64,000 nt of DNA from an uncultured delta proteobacterium (GTDB lineage Bacteria; Myxococcota; Myxococcia; Myxococcales; Myxococcaceae): NCBI GenBank assembly GCA_963713045.1, contig CAVQKE010000003.1:1216001-1280000 (forward strand). The letters run 5' to 3'. The notes under the pieces are model-generated. The model did not search any database, was not told where the DNA came from, and was given only the letters and a program-made list of their open reading frames with translations. Positions 39,938 through 49,556 of this stretch are shown here, one piece after another. The number at the start of each line of letters is the position of its first letter. Position 1 is the first letter of the stretch. A program made the position numbers and the translations under genes.

Positions 39938-41374
39938 ATGATGGGCCGGCCAGCAATCTCCTTCTGTCTTCTGTCCACCGTCTTGCTCGCCTCGAGCCCA
40001 GCCGGGGCGCAGTCCGGGCAAACGACGCCGACAGCCGCCGAGCAGCGCGTGGTCGACGAGGCACGGCAGCTGCTGGCCGGGCTGGTCGGGGTAGAGACCG
40101 TCGGTGGCAACGAGACGGCCGCGCTCCAGCCCATTTTCGACCGCCTGCGCGCCGCCGGCATTCCAGTTCAGCTGCTCGAGTCGAGCCCCGGGCGGGGCAA
40201 CCTCATCGCCCGCATCAAGGGCAACGGCCACAAGCGCCCCCTCTTGTTGCTGGCCCACATCGACGTGGTGCCAGTCGCGGGGCAGCCCTGGACGACGGCC
40301 AGGCCGTTTCAGCTGAGCGAAAAAGACGGCTACTTGTACGGGCGCGGCGTCAACGACGACAAGGGCATGGCGGCCGCCATCGTCGCGGTGGCGCTGGAGG
40401 TGGCCCGAAACAAGACGCTCCTCTCCCGCGACGTCATCGTGGCGCTCACCGCGGGCGAGGAGAGGGGAGGCTTCGCCGGCGTGGGTTGGCTTGTCGAGCA
40501 CCATCCGGAATTGCTCGAAGCGGAGATTGGGCTCAACGAGGGGAACGGCGGCGGCCTGAGGCTGAGTGACGACCTGACCAGAGTGGTGGAGGTGGACATC
40601 GGCCTCGCTCAGAAGACGTACCAGAGTTACCAACTGGAGGCCCACGGCCGGGGTGGCCACTCCTCGGTGCCGCGTGCGGACCTCAACCCCATCTACCCGC
40701 TGGCGGTGGCGCTCCAGCGCATTGGCGCCTTGAAGTTTCCCGCCCGTGTCATTCCGGCCGCGCGGCCAGGTTTGGCTGCGATGGCCGCCACCGAGAAGCC
40801 ACCCCTGTCCGACGCGCTTCGCCGGACGGCCGAGACAGGTACCGTCTCTCCGGAGGACGACGCCGTCCTTTCCAACGACGCTGTTGCCAATGCCTTCATC
40901 CGAACCACCTGCGTCGCCACCATGCTTCAAGGCTCGAGCCAGGAAAACGTGCTGCCGACGTCCGCCGAGGCCACCATCCAGTGCCGCCTTCTGCCGGGCG
41001 ACTCGGTGCAAGGCGTCCGCGATGCGCTGGTGGCAGCTGTCAAGGACGCGGGCGTTACCGTCACCCCGGGCAAGGACTGGGGAGTTGGCAAGCCGATGGC
41101 TTCTCAAGGCGACGTCCCGGACGCCATTCGACGCGTCAGCCGCCAGTTTTGGGGGGACGTGCCGGTGGTCGACGGCTTTGGGTTTGGTGCCTCGGATGAC
41201 CGGTACCTCACCGCACGAGGCGCACGGATGTACGGGGCGCACCCCAACCCCGGCAGCTTCGAGGACGCAAGGCTCGGCCACCGTGCCCATGGGCCGGACG
41301 AGCGCGTCTCGGCGCGCTGGTATGCCGAAGGCGTCCGCTGGTTCAACGCGCTGGTACTCGAGTTGGCCCGGTGA
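39938..41374 (+). CDS. Secreted M20/M25/M40 family metallo-hydrolase
   Basis: Signal peptide; AHIDVV, GRGVNDDKG, AGEE, GGHSS, HGPDER. Confidence 0.9.
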   Translation: MMGRPAISFCLLSTVLLASSPAGAQSGQTTPTAAEQRVVDEARQLLAGLVGVETVGGNETAALQPIFDRLRAAGIPVQLLESSPGRGNLIARIKGNGHKRPLLLLAHIDVVPVAGQPWTTARPFQLSEKDGYLYGRGVNDDKGMAAAIVAVALEVARNKTLLSRDVIVALTAGEERGGFAGVGWLVEHHPELLEAEIGLNEGNGGGLRLSDDLTRVVEVDIGLAQKTYQSYQLEAHGRGGHSSVPRADLNPIYPLAVALQRIGALKFPARVIPAARPGLAAMAATEKPPLSDALRRTAETGTVSPEDDAVLSNDAVANAFIRTTCVATMLQGSSQENVLPTSAEATIQCRLLPGDSVQGVRDALVAAVKDAGVTVTPGKDWGVGKPMASQGDVPDAIRRVSRQFWGDVPVVDGFGFGASDDRYLTARGARMYGAHPNPGSFEDARLGHRAHGPDERVSARWYAEGVRWFNALVLELAR

Positions 41375-41412
41375 AGCCGGGCCGACGGCGGCCGTCCACC
41401 CGCGGGAGGGCG

Positions 41413-42597
41413 TTAGGCCAGCGCCAGCACCGAAACGGTTTGTCGGGCGATGACCAGTTCCTCGTCGGTGGGCACAACCAGCACCTGCACCGCTGAGGCC
41501 GGCGTCGAAATGCGCAAGGCGCTGCGCCCATTGGCCTCGGCGTCGAGGGTCAGCCCCAACCACGAGGAGCGTTCGACGACGGCCGCCCGTACCGGAGCGG
41601 CGTGCTCCCCAATGCCGGCAGTGAAGACGAAGCCGTCCAGTCCGCCCAGCACGGCGGCCAGGGCTCCCAACTCGTGGGCCACTCGGTAGCCGAAATAGTC
41701 CACCGCCAGGCGGGCCAACGGGGCGTCGCTGGCCAGTAAGTCGCGCATGTCGCTGCTCACCCCGGACAGGCCCTTCAGCCCAGCCCCGCGGTAAAGCAGA
41801 TGCTCCACGTCGGCGAGCGGCATGGCCTTTGTGCCCAGCAGATGGAGCAGCACCCCGGGGTCCATCGCACCACAGCGCGTCCCCATCGGGAGGCCGTCCA
41901 GCACGCTGAAGCCCATGGAAGTCTCGACGCTGCGCCCCGCGCGCAGCGCGCACATGCTGGCCCCGTTGCCGAGGTGGGCAACCACCACCCGGCCCTGGGC
42001 CAACGTCGGGAACGTCCGGGCGAGGTGGCCGGCGATGAAGTCATACGACAGGCCGTGGAAGCCGTAGCGGCGGACACCCTCTTGGTAGAGCGCGTCCGGG
42101 AGCGCAAAGCGCCGCGCCAATTCGGGCATGCTTTGGTGGAAGGCGGTGTCAAAGCACGCCACCTGGGGAACGCCCGGGTCGAGGCTGGCCATGGTACGGA
42201 TGCCGTCCAGGCACGCCGGCTGGTGCAGCGGCGCCCACGGCACCAGCGCTTCGAGTTCCTTCAATGCCTGGGGTGTCACCCTGGCCGGCGCTACGTGGTG
42301 CGGCCCCCCATGCACCACCCGGTGGCCAATGCCCCGTAGTGCCGTCGCCGGCTGGCTTTTGAGAAATTCACTCAGCTGCTGGATGGCCTGCGGCCTGCTC
42401 GAGACGTCTGCCGCCGGGTAGGCCCGGTCCACCACCGGCCGCCCTTGGCCGTCGGTGGCGCGCAGGCGGGGACGGGTGGCGATGGCTTCGAGTTCGCCCC
42501 GGAGACTCTCGACCAGGCCAGCCGGCCCGCCCAGCGCATAGGTCGCAAATTTGACGCTGGAGGAACCTGCGTTGAGGACCAACACGGTGTCGCCCAT
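41413..42597 (-). CDS. ackA: Acetate/propionate kinase
   Basis: LNAGSSSVKF, GHRVVHGG, APLH, RRYGFHGLS, HLGNGAS, MGTRCG, FTAGIGE. Confidence 0.93.
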   Translation of the reverse strand: MGDTVLVLNAGSSSVKFATYALGGPAGLVESLRGELEAIATRPRLRATDGQGRPVVDRAYPAADVSSRPQAIQQLSEFLKSQPATALRGIGHRVVHGGPHHVAPARVTPQALKELEALVPWAPLHQPACLDGIRTMASLDPGVPQVACFDTAFHQSMPELARRFALPDALYQEGVRRYGFHGLSYDFIAGHLARTFPTLAQGRVVVAHLGNGASMCALRAGRSVETSMGFSVLDGLPMGTRCGAMDPGVLLHLLGTKAMPLADVEHLLYRGAGLKGLSGVSSDMRDLLASDAPLARLAVDYFGYRVAHELGALAAVLGGLDGFVFTAGIGEHAAPVRAAVVERSSWLGLTLDAEANGRSALRISTPASAVQVLVVPTDEELVIARQTVSVLALA

Positions 42598-42638
42598 GCG
42601 GGGGGAGCCTGCCACCGAAGAGGCAAGTCTCTCCAGAC

Positions 42639-43481
42639 TCAGCTCGCGAGGAGGGCGGAGAAAGCGGTGGCGAGAAGTACGGCCGAGAAGAGGAGGAGAT
42701 AGCAGCAGCCGACGCCGATGACTTTGGCCACCGTCACCCCCCAACCACTTTTGTAGACGCGCTTGAAGGCCAGCACCCCGTAGGCAGCCGTCCAGAGGAA
42801 GAAGACGGGCAAGAGGGCTGTCGACAGCAAGGTGAGCAGCCCGGCGGCGAAGACAAAGCTGTGCAAATGCAACGTGAAGACCAGGTGCTCAATGAAGTAG
42901 CGCTTCCACCAGAAGAGTTTGAAGAGGACCGCCGAGAGGGGCAGCAGCACGAAAACCATTTTGGGAACGAGGCCGGCAATTCTCAGCGAGAGGGCCTGGC
43001 GGGCAGCAGCGCCCCCGGGGCCTTCCAGGCGCTGGGTGCTGCTCTCAAACCGCTCGTCCAGCCAGCGGATGGGGAAGTGCCAGTGGGCCTTCTCTGGCTG
43101 TGCCACGGCACCGGGGACCGGGTCTGGGTCCACCTGCACTTTGAAGGCTTCGGTGGCCGGGACCCGAAGGGAAAACAGTGCGAAAAACAGGACGCTGACG
43201 GTGAGGTACAGCTTGAGCGGCCGGACAAAGCGCGTCCGTCGACCCGCGAGGTATTCGTTGGTGAGGGCCCCCGGGTACAGCAGGCGAGGCAAGGTCCTCC
43301 ACAGCTTGGTGTCGATGAGGGGGTGCTGAAAAAACTCCAGCGCCAAGTCCTTGAGGCTGCGCTTGAGCGGCTCGTCCTTTTGGCCGCACACTGCACAAAA
43401 CCGGCCCGTCAGTGGGGCGCCGCAGTCCAAACACATGGGTGGGGTAGCCGCGACGCTGGCGGCCGGAGCGGCCAGCGTCAC
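42639..43481 (-). CDS. DUF3667-type membrane protein with N-terminal zinc ribbon
   Basis: GTG 43481 overlapping the upstream TGA; CLDCG...FCAVCGQ, PGALTNEYLAGRRTRFVRPLKLYL, EHLVFTLH. Confidence 0.8.
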   Translation of the reverse strand: MTLAAPAASVAATPPMCLDCGAPLTGRFCAVCGQKDEPLKRSLKDLALEFFQHPLIDTKLWRTLPRLLYPGALTNEYLAGRRTRFVRPLKLYLTVSVLFFALFSLRVPATEAFKVQVDPDPVPGAVAQPEKAHWHFPIRWLDERFESSTQRLEGPGGAAARQALSLRIAGLVPKMVFVLLPLSAVLFKLFWWKRYFIEHLVFTLHLHSFVFAAGLLTLLSTALLPVFFLWTAAYGVLAFKRVYKSGWGVTVAKVIGVGCCYLLLFSAVLLATAFSALLAS

Positions 43482-45157
43482 TGCGTCTCCGGAAAGGCCA
43501 CTCCCCGCGCGTCCCCGGGCGCGTCGACGGCGTCGAGGGCGTCGAGACCACTTGCTGCCAGCCGCCGCGCCACCGCCACGCCTCTCCGGTTCCCGCGTGC
43601 GTCGAGAAGCCACTGGGCGTGCTCCACCACCAGCGCCAGGGAATAGGCCCGGCCGAGGGTGAGGGCAAAGGCCCGGGCCCCCGCCTCCACCAGGGAGAAT
43701 TCGTCGCCGGCGCGCGCTTTCAGCCACGCCGCCGCCCGGCGGGCGGCGTCGAGGGCCCTCACCCGCGGGCCCTGCAGCGCCGGGTGGGTGGCACGGGCCA
43801 TGCGGGCCTCGAGGTCTCGCAGCAGCGCGGCCAGCGCTTCGCCGCCGCCAATGGCGCGCAGCGTGTCCAGTGCCAGCACGTTGGTGGTGCCCTCCCAAAT
43901 GGGAAGCACCTGCGCATCCCGAAGCAGCACCGGCAGCCCGGTGTCCTCGATGTACCCGGCCCCACCGAAGGCCTCCAGCACCTCGCTGGCGTGGGCGACG
44001 GCGTGACGGGCCGTGTACAGCTTCAACACTGGCTGCAGCACACGCGCCAGAAGAAGCTCGTCGTCGCTACTGCCCTCGGTTTCCTCGCGCCCGAGAAGTT
44101 CCACCGCACGGAAGAGGAGATGGAAGCTGGACTCGAGCTCCGCCTGAAGCGCGGCCAACGTTTCCACGTGCAGCGGCTTTTCGGCCAGCGGGGTGCCGAA
44201 GGCCTCGCGCCGCCGTGCGTAGTCTCGCGCCAGGGCCATCCCCCGCCGCATGGAGGAGACGGAACAGACGGCATTCCATAGCCGCGTAATTTGAAGCATC
44301 GGGGTGATGGCCTTCACCCCTTCCTCGGTGCCGGCCACCAGCTCGGCCCGGGCGCTGGTGAGGTCCAACTCAGCGGTGGCCAGCATCCGCGTCCCGAGCT
44401 TGTCCTTCAGCCGGCGAATTTGGATGCCGTTGAGTCCGCCCTCAGGGGTGCGGGTTTCTAGGTAGAAGAGGGCCAGTCCCCGGCCACCGGGGGGGTTGCC
44501 TTCGGGACGGGCCAGGGTGAGGGCCATGTCCGAGGTGGCCGCCGAGGTGAACCACTTGCTGCCGTAGAGGCGCCACCCGCTGGGCTCGTGGCGAGCCTCG
44601 GTCTCGGTCCGGCCGACGTCCGAGCCTCCGGCGCGCTCCGTCATCCACTGCCCTGACGTCCAGGAAAGGTGCGGGTCCCGATTCGTCAGCCGGGGCACGG
44701 CTCGCTCCACCAGCCGGGTGGCCTGGTGGTGCAGCAGCGTCTTGGCCGCCCCGTCACTCATCGCCAGCGGGCAGGTGTAGACGCTCGAGGAGGGGGCAAA
44801 GAGGTAGAGGAGGGCAAACTGGTGCAGCCGCGACCACGGCCCCTGCGCCTTTTCATAGGGAATGCCGACGAGGCCCTGCTCGGCCGCCACCCGGGCATAT
44901 TCTTTCCACGCCGGCGGCACCCGAATCTCATCCACCCGGCGGCCCCAGGCGTCATAGGGCACAAGCACCGGCTCTTCCCCACGCGCGTGCTGGGCCAACT
45001 CAAAGAGGCGACCGGCGGCCAGGCCGCCCATTTCCACCAGCGATGGCTCAATCGCCCGCCGCACATCCTCCGGAAGGCGTCGGGCCAGAACCTCGCGCAG
45101 CAGCACGTCGTCGTCGTACTGGTTGCCCAACTGCGGAGGGCTTTGAAAAAACGTCAT
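43478..45157 (-). CDS. AidB-like acyl-CoA dehydrogenase
   Basis: FFQSPPQLGNQY, CPLAMSDGA, GQWMTERAGGSDV, RLKDKLGT, FGGAGYIE, PIWEGTTN. Confidence 0.9.
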   Translation of the reverse strand: MTFFQSPPQLGNQYDDDVLLREVLARRLPEDVRRAIEPSLVEMGGLAAGRLFELAQHARGEEPVLVPYDAWGRRVDEIRVPPAWKEYARVAAEQGLVGIPYEKAQGPWSRLHQFALLYLFAPSSSVYTCPLAMSDGAAKTLLHHQATRLVERAVPRLTNRDPHLSWTSGQWMTERAGGSDVGRTETEARHEPSGWRLYGSKWFTSAATSDMALTLARPEGNPPGGRGLALFYLETRTPEGGLNGIQIRRLKDKLGTRMLATAELDLTSARAELVAGTEEGVKAITPMLQITRLWNAVCSVSSMRRGMALARDYARRREAFGTPLAEKPLHVETLAALQAELESSFHLLFRAVELLGREETEGSSDDELLLARVLQPVLKLYTARHAVAHASEVLEAFGGAGYIEDTGLPVLLRDAQVLPIWEGTTNVLALDTLRAIGGGEALAALLRDLEARMARATHPALQGPRVRALDAARRAAAWLKARAGDEFSLVEAGARAFALTLGRAYSLALVVEHAQWLLDARGNRRGVAVARRLAASGLDALDAVDAPGDARGVAFPETQ

Positions 45158-46419
45158 CTCCGCAGGCCAGCGTACCAGCGCTCGCGCGTCCGCGGGACTG
45201 GGGCCCGCCCGTCGCCTCCCGGGTGGACCAGGAGGAGCTGGAAAACCGTAATCTCGGCGAGGCGAAAGGCCACGCTCGAGCTGGCCAGGTAGAGGCGCCA
45301 GGCCCGCGCGCGCTCGGCACCAACCAGCTGCACCGCCTCGTCAAAGCGGCGCTCCAGCCGGTGCAGCCAGTGCGCCAGCGTCTCGGCGTAGTGTTCGCGC
45401 AGCGACTCGAGGTCCCGGACTTCGAAGCCGGCCCGTTCCGCGGCCTCGGTGACGCGCGCCACTGGGATGAGCTCGCTGTCGGGAAAAATGTAGCGGCGGA
45501 TGAAGCCCCCCTCCGCCCGTGACAGCCAGGGAATGGTGTTGCGGGGGGTGGGCGTGGGCGCGATGGCGTGGTTGAGGAAGAGTCCGCCCGGACGGGTGGC
45601 TTGAAACATGGCCTCGAAATAGGCGTCCAGTCGCTCCGAGCCAACGTGCTCCATCATCCCGACACTGGCCACCTTGTCGAAGGGCGGCTCCCCGGAGAGC
45701 TGCCGGTAGTCGGCGGCCCGCACTTCCATGCGATGCGCGGGCAGCGCCGCCAAGCGCGCGCGTGCCTCGGCCAGCTGGTGCTCGCTGAGGGTAATTCCGA
45801 GTCCACCCACCCCATAGCCCTGCACCGCATGGCGAAGTAGCCCCCCCCAGCCGCAGCCGACGTCGAGCAGTCTTTCTTGGGGGTGGAGGTCCAATTTGCG
45901 GCAGATGAGTTCAAGCTTCGCCTCCTGCGCCGCCTCGAGGCTTTCCTCGCCGGTGGCAAAGAAGGCACAGGAGTAGACGAGGGAAGGCCCGAGGAAGAGA
46001 CGGTAGAAGTCGTCCGAAACGTCGTAGTGGTATTGCACCGCCGAGCGGTCTCTGGCTGGCGTGTGCCGGCGCCCGTGCAGGTTCGGCGCCAGCGTCGACT
46101 GCACCCGCTGCCACCAGCCGGCGGCCACCGCCGGCACCGTCTTCAGGGTGACGGGCGGCCCGGGCCAGCGGGCGGCGGCCTCCAGCACGCCCAGGGTGTC
46201 TCCCTCAATGTCGAGAATTCCCGCGGTGAAGGCCTCGGCGGCCCGCACTTCGCTCGCCGGCGGGGCAAGCACCTGGGCGGCCGCCGGACTCCGGAAGACG
46301 AGACGCCCCTTGGGCGCTCCGCCCTGGGCCGGAAGCACCGAGCCATCCCACAGCGCCACCTCGAAGCCGCGAGACGCAGGCCCGAAGAGAGTCCTCACCG
46401 CTGACGCCGGGTCACCCAT
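45154..46419 (-). CDS. cfa: Cyclopropane-fatty-acyl-phospholipid synthase family methyltransferase
   Basis: HYDVSDDFY, VYSCAFF, LDVGCGWGG, VGMMEHVG, YIFP, REHYAETL. Confidence 0.9.
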   Translation of the reverse strand: MGDPASAVRTLFGPASRGFEVALWDGSVLPAQGGAPKGRLVFRSPAAAQVLAPPASEVRAAEAFTAGILDIEGDTLGVLEAAARWPGPPVTLKTVPAVAAGWWQRVQSTLAPNLHGRRHTPARDRSAVQYHYDVSDDFYRLFLGPSLVYSCAFFATGEESLEAAQEAKLELICRKLDLHPQERLLDVGCGWGGLLRHAVQGYGVGGLGITLSEHQLAEARARLAALPAHRMEVRAADYRQLSGEPPFDKVASVGMMEHVGSERLDAYFEAMFQATRPGGLFLNHAIAPTPTPRNTIPWLSRAEGGFIRRYIFPDSELIPVARVTEAAERAGFEVRDLESLREHYAETLAHWLHRLERRFDEAVQLVGAERARAWRLYLASSSVAFRLAEITVFQLLLVHPGGDGRAPVPRTRERWYAGLRR

Positions 46420-46488
46420 GGCCACCCCCAACCAGCAGACACCCAACATGGCGAGCTTGCACAGGAAATGCAGCTCGTCAACACCCCC

Positions 46489-47121
46489 TTAACAGTGGGC
46501 CTTCTGGGGCCGGCGCGCCAGCCCGCGGATGGAGGGGCGGACGACGCCAGCCACCCGGCGGATGGACTCCCGCTGCACGCCCTCCAGCTGAAAGCCCATC
46601 TCCCCAATGGCCTCCTCGGTGTGGCGGGTGAGGTGGCAGTTGCCGGCCATCAGGCGCCAGGCGGGCTCCAAAAGGCGCTGCCAGCGGAGCCGACCGGGTT
46701 GCCCATCGGCCGCCACATGCTCCAAAAAGAGGAGGCAGCCGCCGGGGCGAAGAACGCGCCACACTTCCGCCAGAGAACGCCCCGGCGAGTCGACTGAGCA
46801 GAGCACCAGCATGCTGACGACGACGTCAAAAGCTCCGTCTGGAAGCGGGATGCTTTCAGCCGTCGCGTCGACGACGGTGACATCCGGCCGCTCGCCCACT
46901 TTGCGCTTCAGGCGGCTGCGCATGCTGGCGTCCGGTTCGGCGAGCACCAGCCGACGGACACCCGGGGGATAGTACGGAAGGCTAGCGCCGGTCCCCGCGC
47001 CAATCTCCAGGACGTCCCCGTGGGCCTCGGCCAGCAGCGCCCGCCGCCAGTCTCCGAGGCATGCCATTTCGGCCCGGGACAGGGTGCAGTCGTACAGCAA
47101 GGCGCCAAGCGGACCCCACAT
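46489..47121 (-). CDS. Class I SAM-dependent methyltransferase
   Basis: VLEIGAGTG, FDVVVSMLVLCSV, LRPGG, FLEHV, GNCHLTR. Confidence 0.88.
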   Translation of the reverse strand: MWGPLGALLYDCTLSRAEMACLGDWRRALLAEAHGDVLEIGAGTGASLPYYPPGVRRLVLAEPDASMRSRLKRKVGERPDVTVVDATAESIPLPDGAFDVVVSMLVLCSVDSPGRSLAEVWRVLRPGGCLLFLEHVAADGQPGRLRWQRLLEPAWRLMAGNCHLTRHTEEAIGEMGFQLEGVQRESIRRVAGVVRPSIRGLARRPQKAHC

Positions 47122-47231
47122 GGGAGGGGGAAATTAACCGACAGTGCGGGGCGTCGCACTGCTTCGGCGGTGAAGTTGAGGCCAAGGGGTTGGGCACGAC
47201 GCGCCGGGGCGTCTCGTTGTAGGAACGTCCC

Positions 47232-47819
47232 ATGGCCAACCCCATCCTCATCTGGCCCAACAAGGTGCTACAGCGGCCGACGGCCAAAGTCAGCGACTTC
47301 GGACCGGCCCTCGAGAAACTGCTCGGCGAGATGATGGACTCGCTGCGCGAGGCGGAGGGCATTGGCATTGCGGCCAACCAAATCGGCGTCTCGCTTCGAG
47401 TGGCCTGGGTGGGGCGCCCCGACGGGACGTTTTTCGAGATTGTGAACCCGGAGCTTCTCGAGACGTCCGAGCCGCTGACGCACGAAGAGGGCTGCCTCAG
47501 CGTCCCAGGGGAATTTGAACAGACGCCCCGCTTTCGCAAGGTGAAGGTGCGCTTCCAGGACCGCACCGGCGCTTGGCAGACCCTGGAGGCGGAGGACCGC
47601 CTGGCGCACGTCCTGCAGCACGAAATCGACCACCTGGAAGGGACGGTTTTTGTGAACCGGCTGTCCTCTCTCAAAAGGGACTTGCTCCGAAAGAAGATGC
47701 TCAAACTGCAGAAGCCCCCCTCCAAAGAGCGCGCCCACCCGCACCATGACCACCCCCACGGCGCTGAGCGCGCCGGCCGCACCCACCACCATGAGGACCA
47801 CGGCCGAGAGGACGACTGA
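47232..47819 (+). CDS. def: Peptide deformylase with His-rich C-terminal extension
   Basis: GIGIAANQIG, EGCLS, QHEIDHL; tail HPHHDHPHG...HHHEDHGREDD. Confidence 0.95.
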   Translation: MANPILIWPNKVLQRPTAKVSDFGPALEKLLGEMMDSLREAEGIGIAANQIGVSLRVAWVGRPDGTFFEIVNPELLETSEPLTHEEGCLSVPGEFEQTPRFRKVKVRFQDRTGAWQTLEAEDRLAHVLQHEIDHLEGTVFVNRLSSLKRDLLRKKMLKLQKPPSKERAHPHHDHPHGAERAGRTHHHEDHGREDD

Positions 47820-48062
47820 GGGACGTCGCTTCACGTCCTTGGGGCGGGAATTGTGCACCCCTGCCAAGTGAGGGGTTGTGACACAGGGCGGCATTGCCGT
47901 AAGGGGCCCCCAATTCAAACCCCATTCCCTACTTGCGTGACGGAGGACGACGGGGGAAAACCCTCGGCCCTTCCGCCGTTGGCAACCTACCTTGTCGGCG
48001 CTGCGGGACCAGTACACAACGCACGGCCTCCCAAGGGCGGGCCAATCCAAGGAAGACACTGC

Positions 48063-49556
48063 ATGCTTCGAAAACTCCCCGTCGTTCTTCTGTCCGCTGG
48101 CGCATTCGCGTTCAGCGCCTGTAGCAGCAGCACCCCCACCCCCGACGCCGGCTCGCAAATCAGCTGCACCGGCACGCCGCCGACGTGCACCATTCCGGCG
48201 GGTGTTTCGGGGACAGCCATCAACAGTGCCGTCGCCTCAGCCGTGGCCGGGACAACCTTCTCCTTCGCCGCGACGGACGCGCCCTTCGCGTTTAACAACA
48301 CCATGACCGTGCCGGGCGTCGCCAATTTGACATTCAAGGGCGCTGGGATGGGAACCACCGTCCTGGACTTCTCCGGCCAGACCGGCGGTGCCGACGGCAT
48401 CGACGCCACCCTTGGAAATACCAACATCAAATTCGAAGGCTTCACCCTGCAGAATTCCGCGGGCGACGGCATCAAGGTGGAGTCAGCGACCGGCGTGGTC
48501 TTCGAAGGCGTCCAGGTGCAGTGGACGAACAACCCCGACGGCGGCGTGCCCAACCACTACTCAAACGGCGCCTACGGCATCTACCCGGTGCAGAGTCAAA
48601 ACATCCTCATCGACAATTGCCAAGTGAGTGGCGCCCGCGACACCGGCATCTACGTCGGTCAGTCCTACACGATTGTGGTGAGCAACAACCACGTCTCCCA
48701 GAACGTCGCCGGCATCGAGATTGAGTCTTCGAACAGCGCGCTGGTGACTGGAAATGAGTCGATGAACAACGTGGCCGGCATTCTCATCTTCGGGCTCCCC
48801 AACCTGCAGCCGCCTCCGGACGCCGGCCAGCCGAACGACGGCACCTACTTCGTCACCGTGTCCAACAACAACATTCACGACAACAACATGATGAACTTCG
48901 CTGACCCGTCCGGCACTGTCGCCATCGTTCCGGGCGGCACCGGCTTCTTTGTGGCGGCGGCCAGCGACGTCGACGTCTTCGGCAACACCTTCACCAACAA
49001 TGGCACCCTGAGCTCCGTCGTCGTCAGCTACTGCCTCGGCTACCCGCAGTTTTGCGAGAATCCCACCGCCGGCAGTAACCCGACCGGCCTGGACCCGTTC
49101 CCACACAACGTCTTCTTCCACAGCAACACCTACAGCGGCAACGGCAGCAACCCGGTCCAGAACAACGGCTACGCGGACGGGGGCACCTACCCCAACCCGT
49201 TCGCCCAGCTCTTTGCCGCCCTGAGCGCCTATGGATCCTTTGGCACCGTCGGTGCCCCATTCCCCGACATCGGCTGGGACGGTATCGCCATCGAGCCCGC
49301 CTACACTCCGCCCCAGACGTCAAGTCAGGTGGGGACTCCTCCGAATCCCCAAGGCATCTGGCTTGAGAGCAACCACGACACCAACGCCGTCGGCGGCGCA
49401 GCCACGTGGACGAACCTCAACCTGCCGGTCATCGGCGCCGGCGGCACGTTGTCCGACCCGGGTGCGGTCAACCTCATCGCCGGTCCGTTCACCATCACCG
49501 ACGGAGGGCCGGCCGACTTCCCGCTGCCGCCCGTCGACGCAGGAGTGACTCCTTGA
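48063..49556 (+). CDS. Parallel beta-helix repeat lipoprotein (TIGR03805-like)
   Basis: Lipobox FSAC; NGAYGIYPVQS, GARDTGIYVGQS, NVAGIEIE, GILIFGLP; Asn/Gly-rich. Confidence 0.85.
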   Translation: MLRKLPVVLLSAGAFAFSACSSSTPTPDAGSQISCTGTPPTCTIPAGVSGTAINSAVASAVAGTTFSFAATDAPFAFNNTMTVPGVANLTFKGAGMGTTVLDFSGQTGGADGIDATLGNTNIKFEGFTLQNSAGDGIKVESATGVVFEGVQVQWTNNPDGGVPNHYSNGAYGIYPVQSQNILIDNCQVSGARDTGIYVGQSYTIVVSNNHVSQNVAGIEIESSNSALVTGNESMNNVAGILIFGLPNLQPPPDAGQPNDGTYFVTVSNNNIHDNNMMNFADPSGTVAIVPGGTGFFVAAASDVDVFGNTFTNNGTLSSVVVSYCLGYPQFCENPTAGSNPTGLDPFPHNVFFHSNTYSGNGSNPVQNNGYADGGTYPNPFAQLFAALSAYGSFGTVGAPFPDIGWDGIAIEPAYTPPQTSSQVGTPPNPQGIWLESNHDTNAVGGAATWTNLNLPVIGAGGTLSDPGAVNLIAGPFTITDGGPADFPLPPVDAGVTP

